This document shows positions 13,332 to 26,339 of a DNA stretch of 64,000 bases, one piece after another. The notes below the pieces were generated by a model, which did no database searches, was not told where the DNA came from, and worked only from the letters and a program-made list of their open reading frames with translations. A program made the translations under genes and the position numbers. Positions within the stretch are counted from its first letter, which is position 1. Each line of letters starts with the position of its first letter. Location of the stretch: the NCBI RefSeq assembly GCF_036588685.1, contig NC_086380.1:54250001-54314000 (forward strand), in the 5' to 3' direction. This DNA is from Mytilus trossulus (Eukaryota).

Positions 13332-14659
13332 ATTTGCGTGACTAGAGTTAGTTAACAATATTCTCTCTTGGAAACCAAAGAATATAATCGTTCCTATTAT
13401 CGCGATTATATTTTCACCATCATACTGGTTTAATTGCTGAAATCAAATAAAATAATTTTGTTTTTGTAAAGTGGAATTAATTACAACAGGAAATATGATT
13501 GCCACGTTAAATAAAAATAAAGTGTCTCCTTAAAACAATTAGTACGACTTGTTGTTTATCAATTATCATAACAATTTTCTAAGAAGACTTCAGTCGTCTT
13601 TATTTAGTAACTTGTTAAAAATAATCATGTTTGTGATTACACAAGTTCCATTATAAAAATCAAGTTAAACAAATGGATAAAATGTGTAACAACAACAAAA
13701 ATCCCCAAAACACATTCTTCGTGACTTCGAATTCCAGTTTATTCTAATTTGGACAGTGTTTTTGAATTTTTTGATAAACGTCCAGTAGCAAATATTTCAA
13801 GACTTCAAGGCCAGACAGAGATCTCTATGACCAAAAAGTCCTTAAATAGCCAAGTCCATCTAAGGTCACTTTGCCTGAGGGAGTTAAATTCTTCTTTCTT
13901 TATATTTCAAAATTTATGAACGGGCATTTTTTACAATTAAAGTTTGTTATAAATCATGTCATTACCGAAGTTCTAGCTGCTGTGCTAATGATACCCTCTG
14001 GAATCGTAAGTCTATTCAGAGGAAGTTTCAAATATAAAGATCCCAAGAAATAGAGAACAACTAAAGTACAGATTATTTGTATGGTTCTTTTTTGTATGAC
14101 ATAAGTATGAATGACATTAGACAACATTTATCAATTTGTTTTGCAAATGAGAAGAAAGAATTAAGATATAATTAGTTTTAATGACATTTAAATGGATCTA
14201 TTTATATTTAAATGATTGTATGAATACATTTAGTATAGTAGGTCGTCGACATATATTTGCAATGTTTTAAATATCGTGAATTAAAGGTAGACGGCCGATT
14301 TAATGACACCAAACCTATTAAATTTAAAGACGAATGTTCATCCACAAATATAACATAAAGCATTGAGCAACATTAACTGCACTGAAAACTATTTCAAGGC
14401 GCTGATGCTCCGAACATGCCACTACTATGACAGTAGCTCTCAAACAATGAAGATACAATAAAAAAACTATAAGCAAAAAGACTGTAAACAATATAAAAGG
14501 GGGGGGGAATACAAGCCTATCGAAAAAATTGTGCCAAAGACTACACAAACAATCATCATATATTCACAAGAAATTAACTCGAGGGATTATATCGGTTGAA
14601 GGTCGATATAGTAATTGATATTGAAAAATGTACACTTTGACAATTCCCTTTCTTGTATA

Positions 14660-15047
14660 TCTTTCTGGGGTATAGAAGTATGGTCACCATTAGTCTTCCT
14701 CCGACCGGCAGTAAAACCCTAGCTTAAGTGCTTTCGTTTAGCTGCGCGGGATTAACAAATTTGTAGCCAAGTCCGGTCAGAATGGGAACGTTTAATACGA
14801 TGACTCACTCTTTGCACGTTAAGAACCCTTGCAACTCTTTTAGGAGTCTGTAGGAGACCTGTTGCAAGGCTAAATGTCTGTCCATATCCAATATACCCTC
14901 ATTTCTCTCATTTCCCACGGTAGTCTATTCCCGGACCCCTCTATTACAAAGCCTATATTTCGTATTTATTGTTAATTTGTTCTCATCTTGAATATATATG
15001 AAATATTTGCAACTGGACGTTAAGCAAACATGAATCAGTCAATCAAC
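14660..15047 (+). mobile_element. SINE-like repeat, 5'-truncated, with Deu/Nin-like central motif
   Basis: TTGCACGTTAAGAACCC core and 3' CTGGACGTTAAGCAA followed by a (AATC)n-like tail. Confidence 0.5.
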
Positions 15048-15404
15048 TTATATCTTTCCCTCTAATTTATTTGTTTACTAAAAATGCCATTATACTAATT
15101 GCCGCTGGTGGCAATTTCTAAGCTATTACAGTGAACTCGTTGAAGGGGTAAACTTTAAATAAAAAGGGGAAATTAGGAAGGGACATATAGCAAGTCTATC
15201 TGAAATGATAAACTAGATGTTGTCACATGACGTGATATGAAACAAACTAGGGGTCTGATAAAGCCTTTGCAATAGTGATTGATATCGATATAACCATTCG
15301 GCAATCCTCGGTAGAATCCGCTACTCCCCTTGTTAGATAAGGGTACGGAATCGGCCGAGTTGAGACGAATGATAATCACGCATGAATTATAAATAGCGAG
15401 ATCT

Positions 15405-15535
15405 GGGCCGCGTTCAATATCGTAGCTGCTACGTAGTGCTACGTAGATTTTAACTATTGAACGCGCAGCTATAGACTAGCTACTACATATATATTGATAG
15501 CGTCTACGTAGCTGATACGATATTGAACTCAACCC
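15405..15535. mobile_element. Small MITE-like inverted repeat
   Basis: Arms GGGCCGCGTTCAATATCGTA and TACGATATTGAACTCAACCC with internal CTACGTAG repeats. Confidence 0.55.
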
Positions 15536-15539
15536 TGGT

Positions 15540-15760
15540 TTATGGAAGATTATTACTCAATTTTTAGAGCCATAAATAGAGCCACTTTGCATGGAACTAA
15601 CTGTGATATTTTATCATTGACAGATAGATTCAGCTTTGAGAAAGTGCATCATAAATTTTGAAAAACTGTTCTTGGAATTAAAAAAACCTCATGTAATATA
15701 ACTGCCAAAAGTCTGAGTTAGGACGATTTCCACTTGACTCTTTTATACGCGAGTTAGTCT
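15540..15760 (+). pseudogene. LINE (CR1/L2-group) ORF2 post-RT fragment
   Basis: FEKVHHKF-KTVLGIKKTSCN..ELGRFPL remnant with a stop and a frameshift. Confidence 0.55.
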
Positions 15761-16420
15761 GATGTATGAAAACTGCTTAATTTTGTTTACTATTCAATAT
15801 TTTAAATAAAAAAAGGTCATGGCCGGCAGGCTGCTACAAAAATTGCTGTCAATTGTATTATATGGTCAATTATGGCATAAAAATATAACTGAATTACTTC
15901 TATATAGAATAAGATAACTTGTTAAAGGCTAAATATTGTCAGTTTTTGTTAATGATATCAAATAATTTTGTTTTACGAGTCAATCTGTCGAAGATGAGAA
16001 AACTGTTTGATTTTGGTGAGGATTAAATTACATGCATTCAAATAAACATACTTAAACTATTATTTGCGAAGAACAAGAAATTTACTATAATTATTGTTCA
16101 ATTAAATACAAATGTGTAACATTTTTAAATATCCGTAATCGTCAATATGTCAAGCGGAAATGACTAGTTGGTCAATTTATTTTGATGTTCCTTATCATTT
16201 CATATTTAAGGTCAGTGTATCCAGGTTACGATGACAATCTGCGTTAACGGGCGTTTACTACAAACAGTAAACGCGCGTTTACTACAAACAGTAAACGCGC
16301 GTTTACTTATTACGAAAATAGAAGACGCGAATTTTTCCACGTTAACGCGGAGGTAAACGGGAAAGTAAACGCCCGTTTACTCTTTAAAAAAATTAGAAGA
16401 CGCGCCGTTTTTGCCGCATA

Positions 16421-19090
16421 GTAAATGAGTTATATTTTCATGTAAGGATTGATTGTATAATAAAATAGGTAGCAATATTTGAATATTATGACTAAAAAAT
16501 TTTGTTTGCATCAATTAAGAGTGCCAGCATGTCCTTTTTTTATTCAAAATATTGAATCATAAACAAAATTCAATAGTTTTCATATCTCAGACTGACTCAT
16601 ATAAAAAAAAGTATTTGTCCACAACAACAAAAACTGACCATATAAGCATTTTAATATGTAAATCTATATAGCTGCATAGTAAATGAGTTATATGTTCATG
16701 TAAGGATTGATTGTATAATAAGAAAGGTATTAATATTTGAATATTATGACTAAAAAATTTTGTTTGCGTCAATTTAGAGTGCTAGCATGTCTTTTTTGTA
16801 TTCAAAATATTGAATCATTAACAAAATTAAATAGTTTTCATATCTCAGACTGACTCATACAATAAAAGTATTTGTCCGCAACAACCAAAACTGACCATAT
16901 AAGCATTTTATTATATAAGTCTATATAGCCAAATGGTAAATGAGTTATATTTTCATGTTAGGATTGATTGTATTATATAAAAGGTAGCAATATTTGAATA
17001 TTATGACTAAAAAATTGTGTTTGCATCAATTAAGAGTGCCAGCATGTCCTTTTTTTTTATTCAAAATATTGAATCGTAAACAAAATTCAATAGTTTTCAT
17101 ATCTCAGACTGACTCATATAATAAAATTATTTGTCCGCAACAACCAAAACTGACCATAACAGCATTTTATTATGTAAATCTATATAGCTGCAGAGTAAAT
17201 GAGTTATATTTTCATGTAAGGATTGATTGTATTATATAAAAGGTAGCAATATTTGAATACTATGACTAAAAAAAAATTGGTTCCCATCAATTAATAGTGC
17301 CAGCATGTACTTTTTTTTTACAAATTATTGAATCGTTAACCAATTTAAGTAGTTTTCATACGTCAGACAGACTCATATAATAAAATTATTTGTCCGCAAC
17401 AACCGAAATTTACCATAAAAGCATTTAATTATATAAGTCTATATAGCCATATGGTAAATGAGTTATATTTTCATGTAAGGTTGATTGTATTATATAAAAG
17501 GTAGCAATATTTGAATATTATGACTACACACAATTGGTTCCCATCAATTAAGAGTGCCAGCATGTACTTTTTTATACAAATTATTGAATCATAAACCAAT
17601 TTAAGTAGTTTTCATACCTCACACTGGCTCGTATTATAAATCTATTTGTTTCGCAACAATCAAAACTGACCGTATTAGCATTTTATTATGTAAATCTATA
17701 TAGTCACATACATGTAGTAAATGAGTTATATTTTCATGTAAGGATTGATTGTATTATATAAAAGGTAGCAATATTTGAATACTAATTAAAAAAAATTGGT
17801 TCGCATCAATTTAGAGTGTCAGCATGTACTTTTGTATACAAATTATTGAATCGTAAACCAATTTAAGTAGTTTTCATACCTCAGACTGACTCGTATTATA
17901 AAATTAGTTGTCGGCATCAACCAAAACTGACCATATAAGCACTTTATTATGTAAATCTATATAGTGGCATAGTAAAAGAGTTGTATTTTCATGTAAAGAT
18001 TGATTGTATAAATTAAACGGTAGAAATATTGGAACAGAATGAATAAAAAAAATTGGTTCGCATCAATTTAGAGTGCCACAATGCATTTTTTTTCTACAAA
18101 ATATTGAATCGTAAACAAAATTCAGTATTGTTCATACCTCAGACTGATTCATATAATAAAATTATTTGTCCCAAACAACCATAACTGACCCTATTAGCAC
18201 TTTTTTTTTTATGTAAATCTATATAGCTGCATGGTAAATGAGTTATATTTTAATTTAAGGTGGTATGGGTGTCTTTCGCATCTTGGATTGTAAAAAACAG
18301 AGAATCTAAGGTCCATATTTTCTATCAAGTTAGCAAAATTTGATGCAGGAATGCAATATGTAATGTGAATTTTCATTTAAAAGAACCAATTTATAAAAAT
18401 ACAACTTAGAAATATTAAAATTTTTACAAGTGTAAATTATTTTTGGTTGTTTTTTTGAATATTTTCAAATTGGCATTTTAAGGGGAGGTAACTCCAAAAC
18501 AGTGCATTTTCTGAAGGACTCTACATGAAATTTTCCTATTTTGTCTTTTAGCCAGAAAAAACGTACGGTGACCCTATCTTTTCTTTTGATATTCTAAAAA
18601 AATTGTCTGAAAGCTATCTTTTTCTAATTTATTATACGATTCTATCATTTTGTTTAGTTTCTATTCACAAAATGGTGCTTTTTCCTGTATAATCCATACA
18701 AAATTTGTCATTTTGTCACAACCTGTAGCTTGAGAAAATGCGCGGTGACCTATCATTTTTATAACATTTTTGAACACGTATCAATAGATACTACATTTTG
18801 ACAAAGTATGAACAAATTCTATCATTTTTATTTTAGACTCCCATACCACCTTAATGATTGATTGTATTATATAAAACTGAAAGGTAGCAATTTTTTTAAA
18901 AGCTATGACTAAAAATAATCAATCATGTCAATTTAGAGTTCCACCATGTCCTTTTTTTATTCAAAATATTGAATTGAAACAAATTTCAGTAGTTTTCAAA
19001 CAACTAACTCGTATTATAAAATTATTTGTCGGGAACAACCAACACAGACCATATTATCACTCTATATAGCTGAATAGTAAATCAGTTATA
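16421..19090 (+). repeat. Satellite array, ~259-bp unit, eight full units
   Basis: GTAAATGAGTTATA-type anchors at 16421, 16679, 16936, 17195, 17454, 17717, 17972, 18234 and, after the 592-bp insertion, 19077. Confidence 0.95.
18259..18850. mobile_element. 592-bp TTAA-flanked Kolobok-like non-autonomous element inside the satellite
   Basis: TTAA|GGTGGTATGGGTGTCT ... AGACTCCCATACCACC|TTAA; the satellite unit resumes on the far side. Confidence 0.85.
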
Positions 19091-20400
19091 AATCCATGCA
19101 AAAGATCGAAAAATTTACATTTAAATTGATGGATTGGTACAAATGACGTACATACTCATGTTACATTTTATGAATACCCCTGTACAATTTACGTTTGATA
19201 ATTTGTCAAAACTGAAGCTAAAATCATGTTAATCCCAGACAAACGAGGGGAATGTCGATTAAAAATTACGTATCAAATGCACCGAGTTATAGTTAGGAAT
19301 TCGAAGAGTCAATTAAAAATGGGGAAAGAAACAACGTAAACCATGATATTTATATCCCATCATATAAAAATATGTTTCCGATGTCTCGGATAACCTTTCT
19401 TTCCGTATCGATATTTGTACATGTAACTTTTGAAAAGAAAAAGTGCTAATAAGTAAAAAATAATGGACTTAATGGAACTGATTGTGTGTGATTGAATAAA
19501 AATAATATTCGAATTAAAAGAGTTTTTTAATTGTTGTGGTTTAAAACACATATACGTAAAATACAAAGACTAATGGTCGTTTTTATAAAATAAAAAAACA
19601 AATGAACTTGAAGTTTATTTCAAAATTTAGCCAATCAGTTAACACGAAAAGTAAACGCGCGTTTATTTTCAAGTGTACATGAAAATACACTTTTAAAATC
19701 TGTAGTAAATATTCGACAATAACTGTTTGTGCAAATGTGGTATAAAACATCTGACTCAAGGAGAGGAATTTGTATAAGTGACTTGTCACTTGTTTCCCAA
19801 TCCATTGTATTGTATTTATGTTCGCATTTATTTGTCTGTTTCTGAATAAAATATTGTTTACACTAAAACATCTGACTCAATTATCTTTATAAATATATGA
19901 CTTTATGGATTTTATTTGCCTTCCGGTAGGAACCTCAAACATTTGATTTGATAATTGATTGAGAAAATTGCTTCTTATATATATTTCCGGTAGGAACCTC
20001 AAAAATTTGTTTTGATCATTGATTGAAAAAATTGCTTCTTATATATATTTCCGAAATATGAAATACAAAACCAGGAACACTGAATTTGATTTTCTCGAAA
20101 ATCAAGAAAACACTAAACATGCTAAATGTCGTATGAAATTCATATAATTATAAGCCCTTCATTTTAAAAGAATTGTTTTCTGGAAATGATGAACACTTAA
20201 TTTCACGGAGAGGTTATTTTATCTTTCAATTTTAAATGTTAGATTTGCCGTAGTATATTGAAGGGTATCAAACATTGAAGATGAATCATAATTTAGTAAT
20301 TCCAGCAGCACCTGCATACGGGGTAAATATCTCGCAATTGATACAATATTCTAATGCTTGAATTTCCTATCATTTTTTGTAGGAGGATTGCTGCTAACAA

Positions 20401-20612
20401 CAGTCAGTGGCATTACTTAAACAAGTTACATTTAAAATTACCTATACAAGTAATGTTGAAAACGAGGCTATTTTAAATATTACTTATATAGTAACTTTTC
20501 TAAATATTATTTTTATAGGTGTCCAACTATACAGATTTTACTAGCTTTAACAAAATTATCCGACGTATAAGTACCTAAAAAAAAATATTTGTTAAAGTAA
20601 TTCCCCTGACTG
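20401..20612. mobile_element. MITE with CAGTCAG termini (Tc1/mariner-like ends)
   Basis: TIRs CAGTCAGTGGCATTACTTAAACAA and revcomp CAGTCAGGGGAATTACTTTAACAA; interrupts the PLE remnant; a TA TSD is not visible. Confidence 0.65.
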
Positions 20613-20775
20613 AAGAGGGAATTTATTACACCAAAAGTTCAAAATGATGAGTCAAAATCATTACTTCGAAAATTTGACGGACACCATCATAAGTTGGTTG
20701 ACCGTTATGGAAAAACCGCTTCACAGGTGATATCGGATATTGTCCTCACGTCGCTACAATTTCCTTCCCTTTTAT

Positions 20776-22035
20776 TAACTCACCACAGGGCCAAGTGAGC
20801 TTTTCTCATCACTTGCCATCCGTCGTCCGTCGTCCGTCGTCATCCTGCGTCCGGCGTTAACTTTTACAAAATCTTCTCCTCCGAAACTACTGGGCCAAAT
20901 TTAACCAAACTTAGTCAAAATCATCATTGGGGTATTTAGTTTAAAAGTTGTGTCCGGTGACCAAGCCAACCAACCAAGATGGCTGCCATGGCTAAAAATA
21001 GAACATAGGGGTAAAATGCAGTTTTTGGCTTATAACTCAAAAAACAAAGCATTTAGAGCAAATTCTACAGAGGTAAAATTGTTTATCAGATTAAAATCTA
21101 TCTGTCCGACATTCGATTGATAGGTTGCTGCCCCTGAATTGGTAATTTTAATGAAATTTTGCTGTTTTTGGTTATTATCTTGAATATTATTATAGATATA
21201 GATAAACTGTAAACAGCAATAATGTTCAGCAAAGTAAGATCTACAAATAATTTAACATGACCAAAATAGTCAGTTGACCAATTTAGGAGTTATTGCCCTT
21301 CATAGTCAATTTTTAACCATTTTTCGTAAATCTTAGTAATCTTTTAGAAAAATCTTCTCCTCTGAAACTACTGAGCCAAAAAAATTGAAACTTGGCCACA
21401 ATCATCTTTGGGGTATCTAGTTAAAAAAATGTGTCCGGTAACTCGGCCGACCAACCAAGATGGCCACCATGCCTAAAAATATAACATGGGGTTAAAATAC
21501 AGTTTTTAGCTTATAACTCAAAAACCAAATCATTAAGAGCAAATCTGACAGAACAGGGAGTAAAATTGTTGATCAGGTCAAGTTTCTGTCTGCCCATGAA
21601 TTTTCAGATGAATTGGATTATCGGTTGTTAGGTTGCTGCCCCTGAATTGGTAATTTTGAGGAAATTTTGCCGTTTTTTTGTTATTATCTTGAATATTGTT
21701 ATAGATAGAGATAAACTGTAAACAGCAATAATGTACAGCAAAGTAAGAACTAAAAATTAGTCAACATGACCTAAATAGTCATTTGACCCACTAAGGAGTT
21801 ATTGCCCTTCATAGTAAATTTTAACAATTTTCACAAAATTTGTAGATTTTCACTAACATTTTCCACAGAAACCACTGTTATAGATAGAGATAATTGTAAG
21901 CAGCAAAAATGTTTAGTAAAGTAACAAACGCATCACCATCACCAAAACACAATTTTGTCATGAATCAATCTGTGTACAATATTTAATATTTACATAGACC
22001 AAGGTGAGCGACACAGACTCTTTAGAGCCTCTAGT
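20776..22035 (+). mobile_element. Helentron-associated non-autonomous element (HINE/DINE-1-like)
   Basis: 5' (ta)actcacc sub-terminal repeat, (CCGTCGT)n microsatellite, two ~480-bp tandem core units (from about 20868 and 21349), 3' ggtgagcga plus short stem-loop ending ctagt; no TSD. Confidence 0.8.
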
Positions 22036-22405
22036 GATTGTGACCTACCGCATTAGAATATTAACCGTTTTGACATGAGCACCAAGACAGGTGCCATATG
22101 TGGAGCAGAATCTGCATTTCCTTCTTGAGCACCAGAGATCACGCAAAAAGTGTGGTAGGGTTGATGTTGTTTATTGTTTTGTTATATATGTATGGTCATG
22201 TGTATGATTGCTTGTCTGTTTGTCTTTTTCAATTTGGACATGGCGTTGTTAGTTTATTTTCGATTGATAAATTTTGCTGTACCGCTTCTATTTTTTGTCT
22301 CGCTTTTAGTATTTGTGATTACAAGGGTCTACGAATATCCTCTTAATACCTTCTACTTTAATAATGTTCATACGGTAACCATAAAACTATTTTTTTTTTA
22401 TTTAG

Positions 22406-23914
22406 TATTAGAATTTAAACCAATATTTGTGGCATGCAGTGGCAGTAATCAGTCAGTCCTGGACACATGGAAAACGCTTTCCATGGTAGGAGAAATTGTT
22501 AACATTAACTATTCATGTATAGCTGGACATCTGAGGAGTTCTATTATTGACAACTTGAACCAGACAAGAATTGACCCTGACAGGTAAATTGAAATTTGAA
22601 TTTCTCATAAGAACTCAATGACTACATATTGATGTGAAGAACATTTAAACAATGGTTGCGTTTCACTTCAATTGTTACTGGATGGTGGAAATAAAATACC
22701 ATAACGACAACGGGCAATATATAATATAGAAATATAAGACAATATTATTTACTCAAAGAGCTATTCATTCATAAGTGTATGACTGATTACTAATAAGAGT
22801 AAACAGTAAATTGTATTGTTTGCCTAGTATTTCAGTACTGCTAAAATGCACATAAAAATAAAAACAAAATCACTAACTTTCAAATACGATATGTAATTTT
22901 AAAGCCAAATAAAGGCAACAGTAGTATACAGCGGTATTTGGTAGTTGCTAATATTTATTAAAAGAAAACAAATATGTTTCCCTAAAACATCACTTCGCTT
23001 TAATACATGTATCTTTTTTTTTTTTTAAATGAGTCTATGCGAATGAATGCATATACATGCTAAATTTACCCCGACTATACATGTGGAAAATCGTAGATTT
23101 ATCAAATATCTCTTCTATTTTAATAAACAATCCTGGGCGAAGAAACGGCATTTGAAAAAAAATAAAAAAATAGAAACGTAAGAATGGCAATTAATATCCT
23201 TTTTGTCGTACAAATGAGTTCCCAAACGATATCAACTATCAAGATATTGGACAAATAAAATGTTCCCTCTCTTTTAAGTTTGATGGGACATACACATTTT
23301 GGAACCATTGAAACGTTGAATCACGCTGCAAATGTTTGCACCTGTACGTACTTAGTCAGGAATCTGACGTACAGTCGTGTCGTTGTCGTCAGTTTATGAA
23401 GTTCACACGTTTTTCTCGTTAATAATTTTTATATGGATTAAAAATCTTTAAAATACTTTAGCCGACTTTATATGAAGATAGAAAAAACATCAGAGGGACA
23501 CAGTTTCAATTTCACTAATTCGCCTAGTACAGAATATACGTAATTGAATGTTTCAAAAAAATTACATCTTTAATTGTTAACGGACAGTTTTTGCGACCAA
23601 TGCATGAATTGTAAAAACACAACCAAAAATGAATGATCACATAATAAGGTGAACATATGTATACAGTGAGATGTATAATGATTTTTAGATATTTGACTTG
23701 AACACTTTTCCATTTCCACAATGACCAAATCGAAGATCGCCATTTCTACATCAGCAATATTTATTGCGGCTATCCATGTGATTTCCTTTCGATGGTAGTA
23801 ATAGTTACTGCCGATTCTAAATATCGCGTCTGTGACTATGAAGAATTGTCTGGAAAGAATTACCGATACATAACATATGCTCCTGACCAGCACATGGCTG
23901 AATTGCTAACTTCT
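22406..23914 (+). pseudogene. Two decayed exons (22406-22583, about 23720-23914) of an uncharacterised invertebrate extracellular domain
   Basis: Exon A has tttag| acceptor and |gtaaat donor and reads FKPIFVACSGSNQSVLDTW..CIAGHLRSSIIDNL. Exon B reads DRHFYISNIYCGYPCD..MVVI..CDYE..YITYAP. Both resemble a recurrent mollusc domain recalled as VF-A-SG-SV-D-W / HYRS-ID-W / R-F-I-YGGC-D-GW / C-WE / FLYS. Middle exon not recognised. Confidence 0.55.
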
Positions 23915-24489
23915 GTGATTTATTTAAATTTATTTTTGTATTTTTTTATATTCAAAACAGTAACGATTGCCTTTATTAAGACATGTAATAATGAAACATA
24001 TACACTAAAGAAAAACACCAAACGTATATAAAATACAGTTGAAATGTCAAGTATCCAACCATATGAATTATAAAATTCCCTGTTGTTTTTGTTTTGTTTT
24101 TTTGTGTTGTTTTTTTTTTGGGGGGGGGGGGGGTTTGTTGCTTCATTTATTTTTATCCAAAGTTAACCCCGCCTTTCAATCAAAAACAAGTCAATGGACA
24201 AGATCAAAGAACCTGAAACGTGCACATTTACTCTGACTTTCGGATATGCGATTATATTTTTTTTTAAACATCTATAGAAGAATGTAAAAAGTAAAATAAA
24301 AAAAGAATCGAACTTCAAAACGGAAAGTTCGTAACCAAATGAAATGCGATCCAATTTGTGTTGCTGCTTTGTTGTATTTTTATAGTATAGAATGCTGCAA
24401 AACTTGACTTATTGCAACAAAAGAACCAGTTGGAAATGCTTACACTAATCAAAGAGTTTTTTTTTTAAGAAAAGACAAAATTCAGAAAG

Positions 24490-24865
24490 AAAATCGGGAA
24501 TGTGTCAAAGCGACAACAACCCGATCATAGAGCAGACAACAGTCGAACACCACCAATGGGTCTTCAATGTAGCGGGAAACTCTCGCACCTGTAGCCGTTC
24601 TTCATCTAGCCCCTTAAAATATGTATACTGGTACAGTGATAAAGGACTTGGGACAGGCGCAAAATTGCGGCAGGGTTAAACATGTTTATGAGATTTCAAC
24701 CCTCACTTATATTTCTAGTCAATGTAAAAAATTAAGCGCCTAAAAATGCGCACATTAAAATTCAGTTCAAAAGAAGTTCGATTCCGATTTCAGAAGATGT
24801 ATCAAATAAAAAAATGAAATGACCATTATACATAAATAACAACAGACTACTAACAGTTAGCTGGC
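24490..24865 (+). repeat. Interspersed repeat of the same family as 1-465 and 7830-8295 (opposite orientation)
   Basis: GGGAATGTGTCAAAG..ACAACAACCCGA..GGTCTTCAATGTA..GACTTGGGACAGGCGCAAAA..GGTTAAACATGTTTATGAGAT matches the reverse complement of 60-460. Confidence 0.85.
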
Positions 24866-26339
24866 ATAAACTTTCTGTATACAAAGCTTTGAATTTTTCG
24901 AAAAGACTAAGGACTCTCTTATCCCAGACATAGGTTTCCTTAGCCGTATTTGGCACCACTTTTTCGGAATTTTGGATTCTCAATGCTCTTCAACTAGTAA
25001 TGATTAGAAAGCACAATGGGGTCAACATTTGTACTCTGTTGCTAAATTATCATTCAAGATCATTTCAAAATAGACTTTATAGAGAATACTCATTTTACAA
25101 AATCAAACATAAGTTCAAAGTAGAATTAGGGGAGCGATACAGCCTCTTGAAAGCTCTATTTAAAATTTTAAGATTGGTTTAGTTCGAAATAGGTGGGTAT
25201 ATTGATAAGGAGTATGACAATACCTACTTCCCCTCCGATTTACTGATCGTTTGTTAGATTTAAAAACAACACTTCTCAAAATCGATTCACTTCAAGATAA
25301 TTTTGAATAAATACTAAGAAGGTGCAATTACCAGTTATAAATTTAAATATACCGAATTGCGATAGGATAAGTGGAATACATAATTAAAACTTTAAATTAA
25401 AGATTTTTGCACTTTTTTAAAAGCAAAAACCGAAATAAAAAGAACAGTCAAATAAATTCGTTTTGTTTGAATTTATACCTTCTGTAAATATTAAGTTGTA
25501 CATAATTGATAAATAATGACAATACTGTAAACATCTTATTTGTGTCATGACCTTATCTGAAAACATTTGATAATCTATTAATTTACTATTCATTTTTTTT
25601 GTCATGGAAATTGGTATGCATCAACAACAAAATGTGTTTTTAAAAAAAGTAAGGATATGAGTAGATGACATTTTGGAATAAGAACTGCTCGAGATTAAAC
25701 AGAAAAATGAAAGTTTGTTCCGTTTACAGCATGTTAATTGTCTTGTATATTCATAGTCATGATAGTGGTAAGTTTTCTTTTATATCAGATGATTTGATCC
25801 CAAAGGATGAAAATAAATTATAAAATAAATCAAGGTGGAAAACATTGAACAATTTGACGACAAATTATCTATATGGCGACAAATTTGAACTATTTTCAAT
25901 CAGTTTTTTTGTTATTGTGATAGTAAAGTTTGTGTTGGGTTCATATGTTATGCCTTTCTTATATGTTTGATGCAAATACATCATTGTAATAGTTTGGGTA
26001 TTTCTATTTTTTGGTATACAAATTTGTTCATTGCAGATTGTCCAGATTCAACAATACAAATCTTCTGAGTAAAATGTCCCTTTATCGTTTGTTATGATAT
26101 ATTTATGTTAAAACAAAAAGTTAAGATTTTGCAAATAAAAAGACTTTTCTTTATAATGTGTATATAATTTCAAACTATTTTAGTAATTACAAAAGAAATA
26201 ACTATGTCATTAGGACATCTTTTGATAATATAACTGTTCTCCTTGTGAATTTTACATTATAGCTGTTTTTTAAAAGTTTGTATTAGAGATTACAAATAGC
26301 ATAAACATGATACAGGAGTGGATTTCTAATGAGGATTTA

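Larger units (their letters stand above)
20295..22310 (+). mobile_element. Penelope-like 3' fragment (RT C-terminus plus 3' region) interrupted by two nested insertions
   Basis: IPAAPAYGV-ISQLI-Y remnant at about 20295-20400; homology to 42985-43360 resumes at 20690-20775 and at 22036-22310. Confidence 0.75.

Noticed and set aside
16421-19090. Regular array as CRISPR
   Set aside because: Whole ~259-bp units repeat with no unique spacers, in a eukaryotic context with no cas genes.
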